Assembly: GCA_964484995.1 (NCBI GenBank)
Contig: CAZAHF010000001.1
Coordinates: 672-64,671 of the forward strand
Reading direction: 5' to 3'
From: an uncultured Candidatus Bathyarchaeia archaeon
Lineage (GTDB): Archaea > Thermoproteota > Bathyarchaeia > Hecatellales > Hecatellaceae
Length of the DNA stretch: 64,000 bases
Shown here: positions 19,301-28,815 of the stretch, in pieces
How the letters are laid out: every line of letters begins with the position of its first letter
How positions within the stretch are numbered: the first letter of the stretch is position 1
Notes under the pieces: model-generated
What the model saw: only the letters and a program-made list of their open reading frames with translations
Databases searched by the model: none
What the model was told of the DNA's origin: nothing
Program-made: the position numbers and the translations under genes

Positions 19301-20002
19301 TTAACACTTCAAAAACCTAATCATAGACTCAAAAAGTAGCAGTCCATCGTTATCTTTGTAAGGACTCAAAATTTTTTCTGAGGCTCTTTCAGGATGAGGC
19401 ATAAGTCCAACAACATTTCCTTTAGGATTACAAACAGAAGCTATATTTTCCACAGAACCATTTGGATTTGCTTTGGAGGTTATTTTTCCATTCTCATCAA
19501 CATACCTAAAAACTATCTGCTGTCCTTTCTTCATCCTCTTTAATTCCTCTTTAGTGTTAAAGTATCTTCCTTCCTTATGGGCTATGGGTATGTGAAGAAG
19601 CTTTCCTTCCGGAATTAAAGAAGTAAAAGCTGTTTTATTTGTTTCACATTTTAAAGTTACCCATTTACAAACAAACCTTAAACAGTCATTTGGCAAGAGT
19701 GCTCCTGGAAGAAGCCCTGCCTCAATAAGAATTTGAAAACCGTTACATATACCAAGTATAGGTCTACCATCCTCAGCCATTTTTCTTACTTCATCCATAG
19801 CTGGACTGTGAGAAGCAATTGCACCGCTTCGTAAATAATCTCCATAAGAAAAACCACCAGGAAGTATAACAGCATCATAAAAATTGTTCTTGAAAAACTT
19901 ATGCCAAACAAGATCCGTAGGAACACCTAAAACATTCTTTAACACGTAAACAACATCATAATCACAGTTCGAACCTGGAAACTGGATAACTGCAATTCTC
20001 AT
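19301..20002 (-). CDS. purQ: FGAM synthase I, glutaminase subunit PurQ
   Basis: Class I GATase (MRIAVIQFPGSNCDYD; catalytic Cys in GICNGFQ; HPER motif). Confidence 0.9.
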   Translation of the reverse strand: MRIAVIQFPGSNCDYDVVYVLKNVLGVPTDLVWHKFFKNNFYDAVILPGGFSYGDYLRSGAIASHSPAMDEVRKMAEDGRPILGICNGFQILIEAGLLPGALLPNDCLRFVCKWVTLKCETNKTAFTSLIPEGKLLHIPIAHKEGRYFNTKEELKRMKKGQQIVFRYVDENGKITSKANPNGSVENIASVCNPKGNVVGLMPHPERASEKILSPYKDNDGLLLFESMIRFLKC

Positions 20003-20271
20003 TCTTTAAAACCTCTAACACGAATTTTATGGGTATGAACAACCGGGTTGTAAATTCTTAAAGCATTACACATATCAAAAACAATTTTCTCAGCCTGCTT
20101 CTTATCATTAGCATCAACTAAAACCTTAAGATATTTTCCAGTCCGAACAGACTTTACACTTTCATAACCACCTTTAAGAATCAAATCTTTATAGATTGTT
20201 TCACCTTCAGGGTCTCTTGCAGCAGGCTTATTTTCTATAATAACCTCAACAGTATAGGTTTTTGTCTTCAT
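19999..20271 (-). CDS. purS: FGAM synthase PurS subunit
   Basis: 90-aa PurS-like ferredoxin-fold protein. It overlaps purQ (ATGA) and purC. Confidence 0.85.
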   Translation of the reverse strand: MKTKTYTVEVIIENKPAARDPEGETIYKDLILKGGYESVKSVRTGKYLKVLVDANDKKQAEKIVFDMCNALRIYNPVVHTHKIRVRGFKE

Positions 20272-20999
20272 TTTGGCTCCTTTCCCACAATTAATTTGTA
20301 GGTTTGAACATAGGTTTGGAGAACCTTATCTAAATCTGCCCCTTCCCTATAGACATCCTTATCCATAGATTTACCTGTTTTTAAATCCCAAAGCCTCATA
20401 CAATCAATATTTAACTCATCACCAACCCTAAGTTTCCCATTTTTATCTCTGCCAAACTCAAGCTTAAAGTCAACAAGCTGTAAACCAAGCTTCTGCATAA
20501 AACTACTTAAAACCTTATTAACTTTCAAAGTGATCTTTTTTATCTCGTTTATTTCCTTTTTACTCATCAAACCAAAAACTTTTAGATGTTCTTCAGAGAG
20601 AAGCGGGTCATGGAATAAATCGTTTTTAAGATAAAACTCGATAAGAGGAGTTTTAAGTTTTTCACCCTTCTTAAAGAACGGGTAATTCTTAACAAGATGG
20701 CCTGCAGCAATATTTCTACATACAACCTCAACAGGAATCATATTAAGTTTTTTAACTCTCATTGTTGAAGAGTTAACCATTCCAATAAAATGGGTAGGGA
20801 TACCTCTTCTCCTAAGTAGACTAAAAATTTTTGCCGAAACACCAGCATTAATTACACCTTTCCCAGGAAGAATATCGTGTTTTTTACCATCTAAAGCTGT
20901 AACATCATCTTTAAACTTTAACAGAACCTCATCTTCTACAGATGAAGCATAAACTATCTTTGTTTTACCTTCAGCAAGCTTTCTAAGCAATGTTTTCAT
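20268..20999 (-). CDS. purC: SAICAR synthetase
   Basis: PurC motifs (GKTKIVY, KFKDDVTALDGKK). First gene of the minus-strand pur operon. Confidence 0.9.
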   Translation of the reverse strand: MKTLLRKLAEGKTKIVYASSVEDEVLLKFKDDVTALDGKKHDILPGKGVINAGVSAKIFSLLRRRGIPTHFIGMVNSSTMRVKKLNMIPVEVVCRNIAAGHLVKNYPFFKKGEKLKTPLIEFYLKNDLFHDPLLSEEHLKVFGLMSKKEINEIKKITLKVNKVLSSFMQKLGLQLVDFKLEFGRDKNGKLRVGDELNIDCMRLWDLKTGKSMDKDVYREGADLDKVLQTYVQTYKLIVGKEPK

Positions 21000-21241
21000 A
21001 ATTAAAAATTGATTAATAGCTATAAAAAAATTTTTAAATAAAAAATTTTAAAAAAAGAAAAAATTTTACAAAAATATGTAAAAGACCTCAATAAAAATAT
21101 ACTTAAAAATAGAATAAAATAGAGTTAACTATTAAAGTTTTGTTTGGATTCTTCTAATAAAAAATATTATTAAAGCAAAAATCTAAATATCCCCTTAAGC
21201 ATAGGAAGTTTCGTGTGAGGTAAGACAAAGGGAGAACAAAG
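21000..21241. promoter_or_regulatory. Extremely AT-rich divergent promoter region between the pur operon (minus strand) and Sm/MAT (plus strand)
   Basis: A 242-bp non-coding stretch made almost entirely of A/T, with several TATA-like runs (TTTAAATA, TTTTAAAAAAAG). It is flanked by divergent start codons. Confidence 0.5.
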
Positions 21242-21475
21242 ATGACAAGTGAAACAATAAAAAAACCTATTGTTTTTCTAATGAAAAATTTACAGAGTAA
21301 TGTTAGAGTTAGATTAAAGAATGATTTAGAATATCGTGGAAGACTTGTTCAATGTGATAGTTATATGAACCTTATTATTGATAATGCCACCGAATATCAT
21401 AATGGAGATCCTGTTGCAGACTATGGAAATATCTTTATTCGGGGAAACAACATAATTTTTATCTCTTTTGAATAA
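21242..21475 (+). CDS. Sm-like archaeal protein (LSm/SmAP)
   Basis: 77 aa with Sm1/Sm2 motifs (VRVRLKNDLEYRGRLVQCDSYMNLII ... IFIRGNNIIFIS). Confidence 0.8.
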   Translation: MTSETIKKPIVFLMKNLQSNVRVRLKNDLEYRGRLVQCDSYMNLIIDNATEYHNGDPVADYGNIFIRGNNIIFISFE

Positions 21476-21510
21476 AGACTAACTATTAACAATAGGTTTA
21501 GTGAGAAAGA

Positions 21511-22722
21511 GTGAAGAAGGTTCTCATAGAAAAACTTACTGGAAAACCAGTTATAAAACAAAACATAGAAATTGTTGAAAGAAAGGGGAGAGGACATCCA
21601 GACTATATTGCTGATGCTTCAGCTGAAAAGTGTAGTCAAAAACTTTGCGAATATTATCTTGAAAAACTTGGTGTAATTCTACATCATAACGTTGATAAAG
21701 GTTTGGTTGTGGGGGGGAAGTCAAATCCGAAGTTTGGTGGAGGGGAAGTTTTAGAGCCGATAGAAATAATAGTTGCTGGAAGAGCATCAACTCAAGCAAA
21801 AAAAGAGGGTAGGATTATTAATATTCCAGCTGAAGAAATAGGTGTTAACGCTATAAGAGAGTTCCTAAAGGGAAACTTTAGATTTTTAGATCCTGAAAAA
21901 CATGTAAAAATAAGCTGCAAAATTAAGCAGGGCTCAGTCGACTTAGTGAAGATTTTTGAGTCAAAAAGAACTGTTCCATTAGCAAATGATACTTCTTTTG
22001 GAGTTTGTTTTGCACCTTTAACCCCAACAGAAAAACTTGTTCTTGAAACCGAGAAATATTTAAACTCGGAAAAATTAAAAAAAGAGCTTCCAGAAGTTGG
22101 TGAAGATATTAAGGTTATGGGGTTAAGACAAAAAAACAAGATTAGACTTACAATTTCAGCAGCAATGATAAGTAGTTTAATTCCTGATAAAAGCCATTAT
22201 CTAAACATAAAGGAGGAAATATGTAACAGAGTTAAAGACTTTGCTTCAAAAATAGTAGAAATGGATGTTGATGTTCGTGTAAATACTGGGGACAACCCTA
22301 GAAGAGGAATATTTTATCTTACAGTAACAGGAACATCAGCTGAACAGGGAGATGACGGAAACCCTGGAAGAGGAAACAGGGTTAATGGACTAATAACACC
22401 ATGTAGACCTATGAGTCTTGAAGCTACAGCTGGAAAGAATCCTGTTAACCATGTTGGAAAAATCTATAATGTTTTAGCTAAAATTATGGCTGAAAAAATT
22501 TATAGAGAGGTTAAAGGTATAGAGGAAGTCTATGTGAGAATTCTTAGTCAAATAGGAAAACCGATAAATCAACCTCAAACCACGAATATTCAGGTTATGT
22601 TAGAAAAGGGGTATTCCTTAGCAAACATTGCTGCTGACATTAAGTCTATTGTTGATGAAGAAATAGCAAACCTTTCAAATTTGACGGACTCTATTGTTAA
22701 AGGAAAATTTGAGCTTTTCTAA
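21511..22722 (+). CDS. mat: Archaeal-type S-adenosylmethionine synthetase
   Basis: 403-aa archaeal MAT family ([18 protein letters not shown]; archaeal-specific length). It has a GTG start preceded by a purine-rich SD-like sequence. Confidence 0.9.
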   Translation: MKKVLIEKLTGKPVIKQNIEIVERKGRGHPDYIADASAEKCSQKLCEYYLEKLGVILHHNVDKGLVVGGKSNPKFGGGEVLEPIEIIVAGRASTQAKKEGRIINIPAEEIGVNAIREFLKGNFRFLDPEKHVKISCKIKQGSVDLVKIFESKRTVPLANDTSFGVCFAPLTPTEKLVLETEKYLNSEKLKKELPEVGEDIKVMGLRQKNKIRLTISAAMISSLIPDKSHYLNIKEEICNRVKDFASKIVEMDVDVRVNTGDNPRRGIFYLTVTGTSAEQGDDGNPGRGNRVNGLITPCRPMSLEATAGKNPVNHVGKIYNVLAKIMAEKIYREVKGIEEVYVRILSQIGKPINQPQTTNIQVMLEKGYSLANIAADIKSIVDEEIANLSNLTDSIVKGKFELF

Positions 22723-23605
22723 TTTTTCCACCTTTTTTAACGATGTTTAAAGAGTTTTCAACCGAAATTTTTAGTTTAAGTTTACGCCAAAAATATTTTG
22801 CAAGATTTTCAATATCCCTTTTAAGAAGCTCATCAGCTTGAGGATGGCTTAAAGTTACATATTGCGGCCAATCTATTATCTGTATTTTTCCATCTTCTGC
22901 TAACAAAATATTGTATTCACTAAGGTCGGCATGAATAATTCCCGCCTTTTTGTAGGCTTTTTGGATGTTTCTAAGTATACTCAAAAAAACTTTCTCAGGG
23001 TTTGGTATAGATTTAAGCTCATTTAACTGAACACCTATAATTTTCCCCATAAGCACCGCATGCCTATTTTGAGCTACTGGTTTTGGAACAGATACTCCAC
23101 AACTATACAGCTTTTTTAATGCCTCATACTCTTTTTCAGCAGCAGCTTTTGAACGGAAAATCCAAAAAGTTTTTGGTTCAGTATAGTTTCTAAACTTTAC
23201 AGTTTGTCTAAAACTTATTCTTCCAAGCCTATGAAATTTTATAGCTACCTCCTCATTTTTTGGTGTTAATGCTTCATAAACATCAGCTTCTTTCCCTAAC
23301 CCTAAGCAGCTTCCAACAGCAGAAAGAAAATCAGCTTTAACAAAGACGTTTAAAGCTAAAAAATCATAACCCATATAGTTTAGTGAATATCCCTCATATG
23401 GTACTGTTATTCTTCTAACAAGCCTTAACCTATGAATTCTTTGAATTCGATAGATAGCCTCATCCTCAGGTAAATTTGAGTAGGCTACGATTCTATTAAC
23501 AGGAACATATCCATAAGTTTTCATTCCTATTTCTACTGCCAAAAGCACACGAAAATCTTCAGTTTCAAGTTCTCGAAACTTTTCCATAAAAGATTTAAAA
23601 GACAT
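22697..23605 (-). CDS. rio2: RIO-type serine/threonine kinase Rio2
   Basis: N-terminal winged helix (EDFRVLLAVEIGMKTYGYVP) followed by a RIO kinase domain (IHADLSEYNIL, IDWPQ). Confidence 0.85.
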   Translation of the reverse strand: MSFKSFMEKFRELETEDFRVLLAVEIGMKTYGYVPVNRIVAYSNLPEDEAIYRIQRIHRLRLVRRITVPYEGYSLNYMGYDFLALNVFVKADFLSAVGSCLGLGKEADVYEALTPKNEEVAIKFHRLGRISFRQTVKFRNYTEPKTFWIFRSKAAAEKEYEALKKLYSCGVSVPKPVAQNRHAVLMGKIIGVQLNELKSIPNPEKVFLSILRNIQKAYKKAGIIHADLSEYNILLAEDGKIQIIDWPQYVTLSHPQADELLKRDIENLAKYFWRKLKLKISVENSLNIVKKGGKIRKAQIFL

Positions 23606-23634
23606 AACTTAAACCATAAAAGAAAATTTTAGGG

Positions 23635-25251
23635 TTATAGAGTTTTCCCGTATTTTCTTTTTAAGCATGCAGAAATAAACCCATAAAATACAGGACTTGG
23701 CCTGTTTGGTCTACTCTTAAATTCTGGATGAAACTGAGTTCCAACATGAAAAAGATTCTTTGGAAACTCAAAAACCTCTATTCTTCTACCGTCAGCGCTT
23801 TTACCAGAGAAAACCAGCCCATTTCTCTCCAAAAGATCCCAATATTCAGGGTTAACTTCAAACCTATGTCTATGCCTCTCATATATGACACTAGAACCAT
23901 AAAGTTTATGGATTAAGGTTCCGGGTTTAAGATGGATTTCATGGGCACCAAGTCTCATAGTCCCACCCATAACTTTAACATTTTTTTGTTCAGGAAGATA
24001 ATCTAAAACTGGGTATGGTGTATTCGGGTTATTTTCAACGCTATTTGCGTCCTTTAACCCGCAAACGTTTCTTGCAAAATCCACAATAGCCATTTGAAAA
24101 CCAAAGCATATCCCGAGAAACGGAATATTCTTCTCTCTTGCATATCCAATAGCTAAAATTTTTCCTTCAGTTCCTCTTACACCAAAACCAGGAGGAACAA
24201 TTATTCCATCATAAACATTTAAAATCTCAAGCTTAGAAGAATTTTCCTCAAAAGTTTCTGTTTCAATCCAGTCTATGGTTACATTTGTTTGAAGAGCAGC
24301 ACCAGCATGTTTTAACGCCTCATTTATGCTTATATAGGAGTCGGCAAGCTTAGCATATTTACCACACATAGCAACTTTTACTTCATATTTTGGGTTAAGA
24401 TATCCCTCTAAGGTTTTAATCCACGAATCCCAAACAGGTTTTCTTTCAGGTAAACCCATCCTTCTACAAATATAATCCCCCATCCCTTGCCTATCAAAAA
24501 TTAATGGTAACTCGTAGATGCATTTTATGGTTGGGGAGCAAAAAACACCTTTCTCTTCAACATTAGCAAATAAGGCTATCTTTTTTTGAACTTCAGGCTC
24601 AATCATTACACTACATCTTGCAAGAATAATATCGGGTTGAATACCTATTCTTCTAAGCTCATTAACACTATGTTGAAGCGGCTTTGTTTTCTGCTCTTTT
24701 GTTGTTTCCAAAATTGGAACAAGGGCAACATGAACAAAAAGTGTATTCAGAAATCCTTCTTCAAGCCTTAACTGTCTAACAGCTTCAAGAAAGGGTAACC
24801 CTTCAATATCGCCTGTTGTCCCCCCAATCTCCGTCAAAACTACGTCAGCCTTTGTTTTTTCAGCAACTCTTCTTATCCTCATTTTTATCTCATCGGTTAT
24901 ATGGGGAATTATCTGAACACATTTGCCTAAGTATTCTCCCCGTCTCTCTTTTTCAATTACACTCCCATAGATTTGGCCTGTTGTTATATAATGGTCTTTG
25001 GTCATTGAAACATCTAGAAACCTTTCATACCAGCCAAGATCTAAGTCTGTTTCGCTTCCATCATCAGTTACAAAAACTTCACCATGCATAAAAGGGTTCA
25101 TCGTCCCTGCGTCAACATTAACATAAGGATCTATCTTAATTGCTGTTACACTGAAACCTCTTACCTGAAGCATTTTTCCTATAGAAGATGCTGTTACCCC
25201 CTTACCTACGCTTGAAAGCACCCCTCCAGTAACAAATATATATTTTGTCAA
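23635..25251 (-). CDS. pyrG: CTP synthase
   Basis: N-terminal synthetase P-loop (YIFVTGGVLSSVGKG) and C-terminal class I GATase (GICFGFQ, HPEF). Confidence 0.9.
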   Translation of the reverse strand: MTKYIFVTGGVLSSVGKGVTASSIGKMLQVRGFSVTAIKIDPYVNVDAGTMNPFMHGEVFVTDDGSETDLDLGWYERFLDVSMTKDHYITTGQIYGSVIEKERRGEYLGKCVQIIPHITDEIKMRIRRVAEKTKADVVLTEIGGTTGDIEGLPFLEAVRQLRLEEGFLNTLFVHVALVPILETTKEQKTKPLQHSVNELRRIGIQPDIILARCSVMIEPEVQKKIALFANVEEKGVFCSPTIKCIYELPLIFDRQGMGDYICRRMGLPERKPVWDSWIKTLEGYLNPKYEVKVAMCGKYAKLADSYISINEALKHAGAALQTNVTIDWIETETFEENSSKLEILNVYDGIIVPPGFGVRGTEGKILAIGYAREKNIPFLGICFGFQMAIVDFARNVCGLKDANSVENNPNTPYPVLDYLPEQKNVKVMGGTMRLGAHEIHLKPGTLIHKLYGSSVIYERHRHRFEVNPEYWDLLERNGLVFSGKSADGRRIEVFEFPKNLFHVGTQFHPEFKSRPNRPSPVFYGFISACLKRKYGKTL

Positions 25252-25388
25252 CAGCCAGCCCTCTATAATTAGCCGTTACTTTACACATAAATTTTTCCGT
25301 GACGGATAAGTTAAATTTTTTAGACCGATTGATGTAAAAACTGAATGTTAAGAGTTCTACTGGTGGAGGGGTTTTTCTGAGCCTAGAA

Positions 25389-26036
25389 ATGAAATGTAAA
25401 ATGGTTTCATGGGAGGAAGTTTATAGTTTTTGTAAGAGTTTAGCTAGGAAAGTTGAGGAGTCTGGTTATGAGCCTGAAACTATTATAGGTTTGGCTCGTA
25501 GCGGTTTTGTTCCTTCACGTTTACTTTCAGATTTTCTTGGTATAACTGATCTTGTATGTTTGAAAGTTGAACATTGGCTTGATACTACTGGTGAACATAA
25601 AGATGAAGCAACGATACCCTACCAGATACCCTTCAAAATTGAAGGTCGAAAAGTTCTGGTTGTAGATGATATTGTAGACACAGGTAAAAGCATGAATATT
25701 TCTATAGACTACATAAAAAAGTTTAAGCCAAAAGAAGTTAAATCTGCAGTTATGCAATATATTACTTCTTCTCAGCATATCCCTGACTACTATGTGGTAA
25801 AGGTAACTGATTGGACATGGTTTATTTACCCCTGGAATAAGGTTGAAGACTTATGTAACCTAACTCTAAGACTACTAAAAAAATCAGAGCAAGGATTAAC
25901 CCTAAACCAAATAAAAAACGGTTTTAAGGAAAAATACGGTTTAGAAGTTGACTTTGAAACTTTAGATGAAATAGTAGAAACATTAAGAAAAAGAAGAAAA
26001 GCTGTCTTTTTTGACGGGTTATGGAAATCTATTTAA
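25389..26036 (+). CDS. Type I purine phosphoribosyltransferase-like protein with ~60-aa C-terminal extension
   Basis: PRPP-binding loop VLVVDDIVDTGKS and an HGPRT-like N-terminal core. The C-terminal extension is of unknown function. Confidence 0.6.
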   Translation: MKCKMVSWEEVYSFCKSLARKVEESGYEPETIIGLARSGFVPSRLLSDFLGITDLVCLKVEHWLDTTGEHKDEATIPYQIPFKIEGRKVLVVDDIVDTGKSMNISIDYIKKFKPKEVKSAVMQYITSSQHIPDYYVVKVTDWTWFIYPWNKVEDLCNLTLRLLKKSEQGLTLNQIKNGFKEKYGLEVDFETLDEIVETLRKRRKAVFFDGLWKSI

Positions 26037-26045
26037 ACCTTAACC

Positions 26046-26843
26046 TTAAATCTGAGCGTTTCTTAGTGCTTCACCACAACTACAACCACGTTTTTTCGGG
26101 ATTTTTGGTATAACCTCATAAATTAGTCTTTTAACATTCTCCACATTTTTATGTAAAGTTTCAGCAAGCTCTTTTGCACTTAAAGGTCTTGGATGCCAAA
26201 CATCATAGTCTGTTACAAGAGAAATGTTTGCATAACATATTTCAAGCTCTCTAGCTAAAACAACCTCAGGGTACTGAGTCATGTTAATTACCTCCCAACC
26301 AAAACTTTTAAACCAGTGACTTTCAGCTTTGGTGCTAAACCTTGGACCTTGAACAACAACCACCGTTCCCTTTTCATGAATCCTTAAGCCAAGCTTTTCT
26401 CCTGTTTTAACTATAATTTTTCTAAGTTCTGGACAGTAAGGTTCAGCCATAGAGATATGGGTTGTTACTGGGCCGTCATAAAAGGTATCTTCTCTACCTG
26501 TTGTTCTATTAACAAACTGGTCGCAAATAACAAAATCTCCTATCCTAATATGTGGTTGAAGACTTCCAACAGCGCAGGGGGCAATTATTCTTTTAACTCC
26601 AAGCCTTTTTAAAGCCCATAGGTTTGCTTTGTAAGGGATTTTGTGAGGGGGATACTGATGATGTCTTCCATGTCTTGGAAGAAAAGCAACTCTCCTTTTT
26701 GAAATCTCACCTATAGCTATTCTGTCGGAAGGTGAACCATAAGGTGTGTCAATTTTAACCTCTTTTGGGTTAGCTAAAAGGCTGTATAGACCTGTTCCAC
26801 CAATAATAGCTATCTCGGCTCTTTCCAATATCCAACTCCCCAA
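26046..26843 (-). CDS. mtnP: 5'-methylthioadenosine / purine nucleoside phosphorylase (PNP family 2)
   Basis: IIGGTGLY phosphate loop, MTQYPE and SLVTDYD motifs. It has a C-terminal Cys-rich tail (CSCGE), as seen in archaeal MTAPs. Confidence 0.85.
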   Translation of the reverse strand: MGSWILERAEIAIIGGTGLYSLLANPKEVKIDTPYGSPSDRIAIGEISKRRVAFLPRHGRHHQYPPHKIPYKANLWALKRLGVKRIIAPCAVGSLQPHIRIGDFVICDQFVNRTTGREDTFYDGPVTTHISMAEPYCPELRKIIVKTGEKLGLRIHEKGTVVVVQGPRFSTKAESHWFKSFGWEVINMTQYPEVVLARELEICYANISLVTDYDVWHPRPLSAKELAETLHKNVENVKRLIYEVIPKIPKKRGCSCGEALRNAQI

Positions 26844-26920
26844 ACAAAAAATATTTTTGTTTGAAACATAAAAACTATGTCAAAATTTAAGTTTAGAGGT
26901 TAAGAGAGGAAAAGATTTCC

Positions 26921-27610
26921 ATGGTAACCAAAAGTGAACAAGACTTAATTCAAAAATTAAGCTTATTATTAAGAGAGGATGAGACGACTGCAAAGATAAT
27001 CTTTAAAACTCTAAGCTTAGGTAAACGTAGAATCAGTTTTAAAGAAATTTTTTCTTTAGCCTCACCTTTACCAACTAATAAACAACAGGAAAAAAATCTT
27101 GTTAAAGAAGCAGTTTTAGCCATGTGTTGGTGGAAGCTTCTTCTGCCTACAAACAGAAACCATAACTTATCTTGGAAAGATTCCTCTTGTAAAGCTGAAC
27201 TTGAAGAAGTTTATGAAATACCTGCATGTATAAGTTATGTATTTGAAAAGTTTTACACTCAAGGAGTATGGGACTACAAGTTTGCTGTTTTTAAATATTT
27301 TGAGGATATCAAGGAACCACATAAAAACTTGATTCTAAAAATAGTTGAGGATGTTTTAAAGGAAGCTTATGGGAGAAGTTTTGTTAGTGCATCAATGATA
27401 AAAAGAATTTGTAAAAAGAATGGTTATCCGGAAGATAGAATAGGAGTATTAATTGCAGAATTAAAAGGAGGAGGTTTCATAAGTCCATTCATAACTCTTA
27501 TAAGAAAGAACTTTCAGGAGAAAGAGGAGGGTTGTCTGACTGAGGAAGGTCCTGTTTATGAATTAAACAAAGCTCTCTTCATAAACTATAAAAAAGTAGA
27601 TTCCTATTAG
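26921..27610 (+). CDS. Hypothetical protein (229 aa), possible winged-helix regions at both ends
   Basis: ORF only. The N- and C-terminal segments show a helix-turn-helix-like amphipathic pattern. No recognisable catalytic motif. Confidence 0.4.
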   Translation: MVTKSEQDLIQKLSLLLREDETTAKIIFKTLSLGKRRISFKEIFSLASPLPTNKQQEKNLVKEAVLAMCWWKLLLPTNRNHNLSWKDSSCKAELEEVYEIPACISYVFEKFYTQGVWDYKFAVFKYFEDIKEPHKNLILKIVEDVLKEAYGRSFVSASMIKRICKKNGYPEDRIGVLIAELKGGGFISPFITLIRKNFQEKEEGCLTEEGPVYELNKALFINYKKVDSY

Positions 27611-28069
27611 CTAAATTGGTTCTATAATTGTTTTTGATCCGTTACTTGTAAACTCTGAGTCGGTTAATTTCACTTTTTTACCTGAAAACTTTTCATAAAT
27701 GACCATGGCTATTAAGGCAAAACGACATGTTAATTTTTCTGGCTTTAAAGTTGAATGGACACGTTTAGCATAAACACATTCTTCGACATTAAAAACATAT
27801 TTTTCTTCTCCTACTTTCTCAAACCAAGCATTCCTAACTAAACCCGAACTTTTTAGCATCATTACATATTTGTTTAAAGCATGCTCTAAATTTTCGCCTT
27901 TAACTAAATCTAAACTCATTTTTTCACAAATTTTTCTTAGAGAGTCAAGAACCATACGTGTAAGGTAAGGGTAAGGAAAAACACATAGGTTACGAAGGGT
28001 TTCCTGGTAAGCAAAAAGTAAAAGATGGGAAAGAATCTCAGCTTCAGACGTTTTCTTTTCGTTATTCAC
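27611..28069 (-). CDS. Hypothetical protein, possible V4R-like Cys-containing small-molecule-binding domain (152 aa)
   Basis: The C-terminal E-E-C-x16-C-R-F-x-G pattern resembles V4R domains. It overlaps the downstream Dph6-like gene by 4 nt. Confidence 0.35.
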   Translation of the reverse strand: MNNEKKTSEAEILSHLLLFAYQETLRNLCVFPYPYLTRMVLDSLRKICEKMSLDLVKGENLEHALNKYVMMLKSSGLVRNAWFEKVGEEKYVFNVEECVYAKRVHSTLKPEKLTCRFALIAMVIYEKFSGKKVKLTDSEFTSNGSKTIIEPI

Positions 28070-28761
28070 GTTTTATCCTCCAATCTAGCTTTCTTAACCA
28101 GCAGATAACCAGAATCCTTTTTCCAAACTTTTTTAACTTCCAAAAACTCTATTCTTTTTCTAAAGAAGGGAGCATCTTTTACAAACGTTTCCCCTTCACC
28201 TCCCTCAAGTGAAAGATGGATTCCAAACCTTTTATTGAGAACTTTAAGCTCTTCTAATGCATCTAGGTCAAGTTTTCGGTTAAGCCATTTTTCTGTTAAA
28301 CCTTCAGCAGCTACAGCTGTAAAAACAACCTCAAATCCTTCACTAATAATCTCTTTTAAAAGTTTCTCAGGGTCCATATGCCAAAGAGGAGTTAAACTTA
28401 TGAGATCGGTTTCATTACAAACCTTTTCTATTCTTGTTTTTTGGTAGACACTTTCAACAGCTCCAGAAACTAAGGCTTCAAACTTTAACCTGTTTTTAAG
28501 GTTTTCTACTGCTTTTTTAAGGTCTAAAACTTCTTCTTCTTTTCTACCCTTAGTTATAACGGTATGAAGAGGGATACCCATAGCTTTAGATTGAAGAGGA
28601 GTTAAACTTATACATGGATAGTGGAACATCCATGACTCCGGATTTAAGGGTTTAACCGTTAAAAGTCCAACAACATCATACCCCATTTTAATGGTTTTCC
28701 AAACACTAAAAGTTGAGTCTTTTCCACCAGAGAAAAGAGCTAAAACCCTTAAAGTCTCCAT
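28066..28761 (-). CDS. PP-loop ATP pyrophosphatase of the Dph6 / MJ0570 family (putative diphthine-ammonia ligase)
   Basis: SGGKDS PP-loop in the N-terminal 15 residues and ~230 aa length, typical of archaeal Dph6 homologues. Confidence 0.7.
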   Translation of the reverse strand: METLRVLALFSGGKDSTFSVWKTIKMGYDVVGLLTVKPLNPESWMFHYPCISLTPLQSKAMGIPLHTVITKGRKEEEVLDLKKAVENLKNRLKFEALVSGAVESVYQKTRIEKVCNETDLISLTPLWHMDPEKLLKEIISEGFEVVFTAVAAEGLTEKWLNRKLDLDALEELKVLNKRFGIHLSLEGGEGETFVKDAPFFRKRIEFLEVKKVWKKDSGYLLVKKARLEDKT

Positions 28762-28815
28762 GGATTCTTCACAAAAGATGAACCAAAAAGGTTAATTAGT
28801 GTTTTTCTAAAAATA

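Noticed and set aside
21000-21241. Replication origin in the AT-rich 242-bp region
   Set aside because: There is no adjacent orc1/cdc6 and no recognisable origin recognition box repeats. Divergent promoters are sufficient to explain the AT richness.
21551-22139. Two minus-strand ORFs (82 and 115 aa)
   Set aside because: Both are antisense within the archaeal SAM synthetase gene and have no motifs.
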